Source: a virus
Taxonomy: Duplodnaviria; Caudoviricetes
IMG/VR virus record: IMGVR_UViG_3300034053_000029
Span: 64,001 to 128,000 of that record
Length of the DNA: 64,000 nt
Direction: 5' to 3' (one strand)
The translations under genes and the position numbers were made by a program. Position 1 is the first letter of the stretch, and every line of letters starts with the position of its first letter. This document shows, one piece after another, positions 62,505 through 64,000 of the stretch. The notes below the pieces were generated by a model. It was given only the letters and a program-made list of their open reading frames with translations. It was not told the origin of the DNA and made no database searches.

Positions 62505-63353
62505 TCATCGTGAGTACATTTTTGTTCTAGCCTTTGCGTATAGATTTTGTACTTCATGATCATACCCTGCGTCAACTAAAACATGATGGACTTCTCCTGT
62601 ATGTGGGTGAGTGATGTGTCCCATATTTGCAGATCGAATATCACCAGGATGGTGTCCAGTATCGTCTTGGTGAGCCATAAACTTATGGACTAGTGGATGA
62701 TCCTCTGCCTTGTCCATATCTTCATGACTAACACCATAATGGTTATAGTATTTACCATTTGATCTATCATGATGACGGAGTAATGTTGCGGTGAAATGTT
62801 TAAATGGTAATCCTTTTGGGTGGGATTCTGATTTTGTGGTATCTTTGAATTTCTTAGTAGAAAACTTTTCAGCTTTTACTGATGTGATATGCTCATGTTC
62901 ACCATGATGATCTATTGTTGGTGCAACCACTCCATTTGGATTTGTTGAGAATGATCCATCTTCATGTTTATGAAATAAACCATAGTGTCTTGCGGCATCA
63001 ACTTCTGCTCTATTCTGTTCAGAACCCAATGATTTTTTAATTCCAGTGTGTTTATCTAAAGCGAATCTTTTTGCAAATTTTGTTCCCACTGGAACGTGAG
63101 CAGACTTGCCATCTAAATTTATCTCATGAGTTCCTGCGTGTGGGTAATATACTCGTGACGATCCACTATGTTTTGTTCCATCAAGACCTGTTTCTTCACC
63201 ACGATTCTGTATGGCTTTTACTTTCTTACTAAATGATGCAACACCATCACTAGAGTATTTTCTATTCTTATCTAACTCTTGTTTAAGTTCTGGATGTAAT
63301 TCTTCAGATAGAATTGTAGATGTGAGGAAATCTGAAAAAGTGTGGAATGTCAT
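62505..63353 (-). CDS. Protein-kinase-like protein, His-rich, late
   Basis: GSSRVYY; TKFAK; QNRAE; GDIRSAN; LVDAG; CATAAATA upstream. Confidence 0.6.
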   Translation of the reverse strand: MTFHTFSDFLTSTILSEELHPELKQELDKNRKYSSDGVASFSKKVKAIQNRGEETGLDGTKHSGSSRVYYPHAGTHEINLDGKSAHVPVGTKFAKRFALDKHTGIKKSLGSEQNRAEVDAARHYGLFHKHEDGSFSTNPNGVVAPTIDHHGEHEHITSVKAEKFSTKKFKDTTKSESHPKGLPFKHFTATLLRHHDRSNGKYYNHYGVSHEDMDKAEDHPLVHKFMAHQDDTGHHPGDIRSANMGHITHPHTGEVHHVLVDAGYDHEVQNLYAKARTKMYSR

Positions 63354-63386
63354 AATAAGGTATCCGAAATAATTTATATAGTATAT

Positions 63387-64000
63387 TTATGTAATGACGT
63401 ATGACAGAGTTCCACAGTCCCAAACTTTATGATATCCATTCGATTTCATAATTTCAGTCTCTGATCGAATATCTCCTTCTTTTGTAATCTTGGCTTTCAT
63501 GAAATTGGCACGGTGCATTCGTTTTGGATTTCTCTCTGAGATATATCTATATCCTGGTGGGTTTGTCTTAATCAATTCAAATCCATTTTTGGAATATACA
63601 TCTCCGTGACTAATAGTTCTATCCGCATAGGACACTATTGATCCAGAATGTTCTTTCCTAAACCTTGATAGTAATCTAGAAAACCCACCAATAACCTTGG
63701 TGTTTATTTTGCATGCGAATCGAGATAATTCCCAATCAATGTTTTTGTTGTATCTAGATTTACAAAACGTCATAACTGCAACCAATTCGTCGTTGTATGT
63801 CAATCCATAATCGAATGATGATTTGTCGTTCCCTTGCAAGTGGTTATTATTTAAGAACGAACTTTTATCTGACTTAGAAATCGGAACTACTTTACACTTT
63901 CTCGCTTGAAGTGTTCTTGAGAATTTTCCCAACTTGGATGACACCACAGATTTTGTTATTTCTTTTTTCAGAACCCAGTTATCGCTGAAGATGTGAAATA
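63387..64000 (-). CDS. Hef-like homing endonuclease, 5' part outside window
   Basis: Frame open to the edge (FHIFSDNW); GGFSRLL; SYADR; WDCG. Confidence 0.7.
   Translation of the reverse strand, partial: FHIFSDNWVLKKEITKSVVSSKLGKFSRTLQARKCKVVPISKSDKSSFLNNNHLQGNDKSSFDYGLTYNDELVAVMTFCKSRYNKNIDWELSRFACKINTKVIGGFSRLLSRFRKEHSGSIVSYADRTISHGDVYSKNGFELIKTNPPGYRYISERNPKRMHRANFMKAKITKEGDIRSETEIMKSNGYHKVWDCGTLSYVIT

Noticed and set aside
8331-64000. Alternative genetic code or stop-codon reassignment
   Set aside because: Core genes (43, 41, 46, nrdJ, rIIA) are full length in code 11 and no bona fide suppressor tRNA is present
1-64000. CRISPR array, IS element or integrase
   Set aside because: No regularly spaced repeats, terminal inverted repeats or recombinase motifs seen; short repeats in the tRNA island are shared tRNA arms

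Overview
64 kb of an AT-rich, T4-like tailed phage genome, transcribed almost entirely on the minus strand. Bases 1-8.6 kb are an RNA-gene island. It holds 24 tRNAs, many atypical (including long-variable-arm tRNA-Gly(UCC) and tRNA-Ile(UAU)), tRNA remnants, several structured non-coding spacers, a GOLLD-like large RNA apparently split by an antisense GIY-YIG nuclease, and a second ~400-nt structured RNA. Bases 8.6-28 kb hold accessory, lysis and nucleotide-metabolism genes (BGT-like glycosyltransferase, SLT, Rnl2-type RNA ligase, SprT, ClpP, GH19, PhoH, RNase H, DsbA, PAAR, glutaredoxin, NrdJ, dUTPase, HD nucleotidase, ThyX, primase, spanins). Bases 28-38 kb hold late or virion-type and unknown genes. 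Bases 38-64 kb hold the T4 replication core (41, 40, uvsX, 43, 30, hsp20, regA, 62, 44, 45, rIIB, rIIA, 46, 47, 55, uvsW, uvsY, 3). The six plus-strand genes I accept are all nuclease-like. Three share a covarying leader RNA. Several late proteins carry T4 capsid-targeting-like N-termini, including a protein-kinase-like ORF. All family calls come from motif recognition by eye; no database searches were run.
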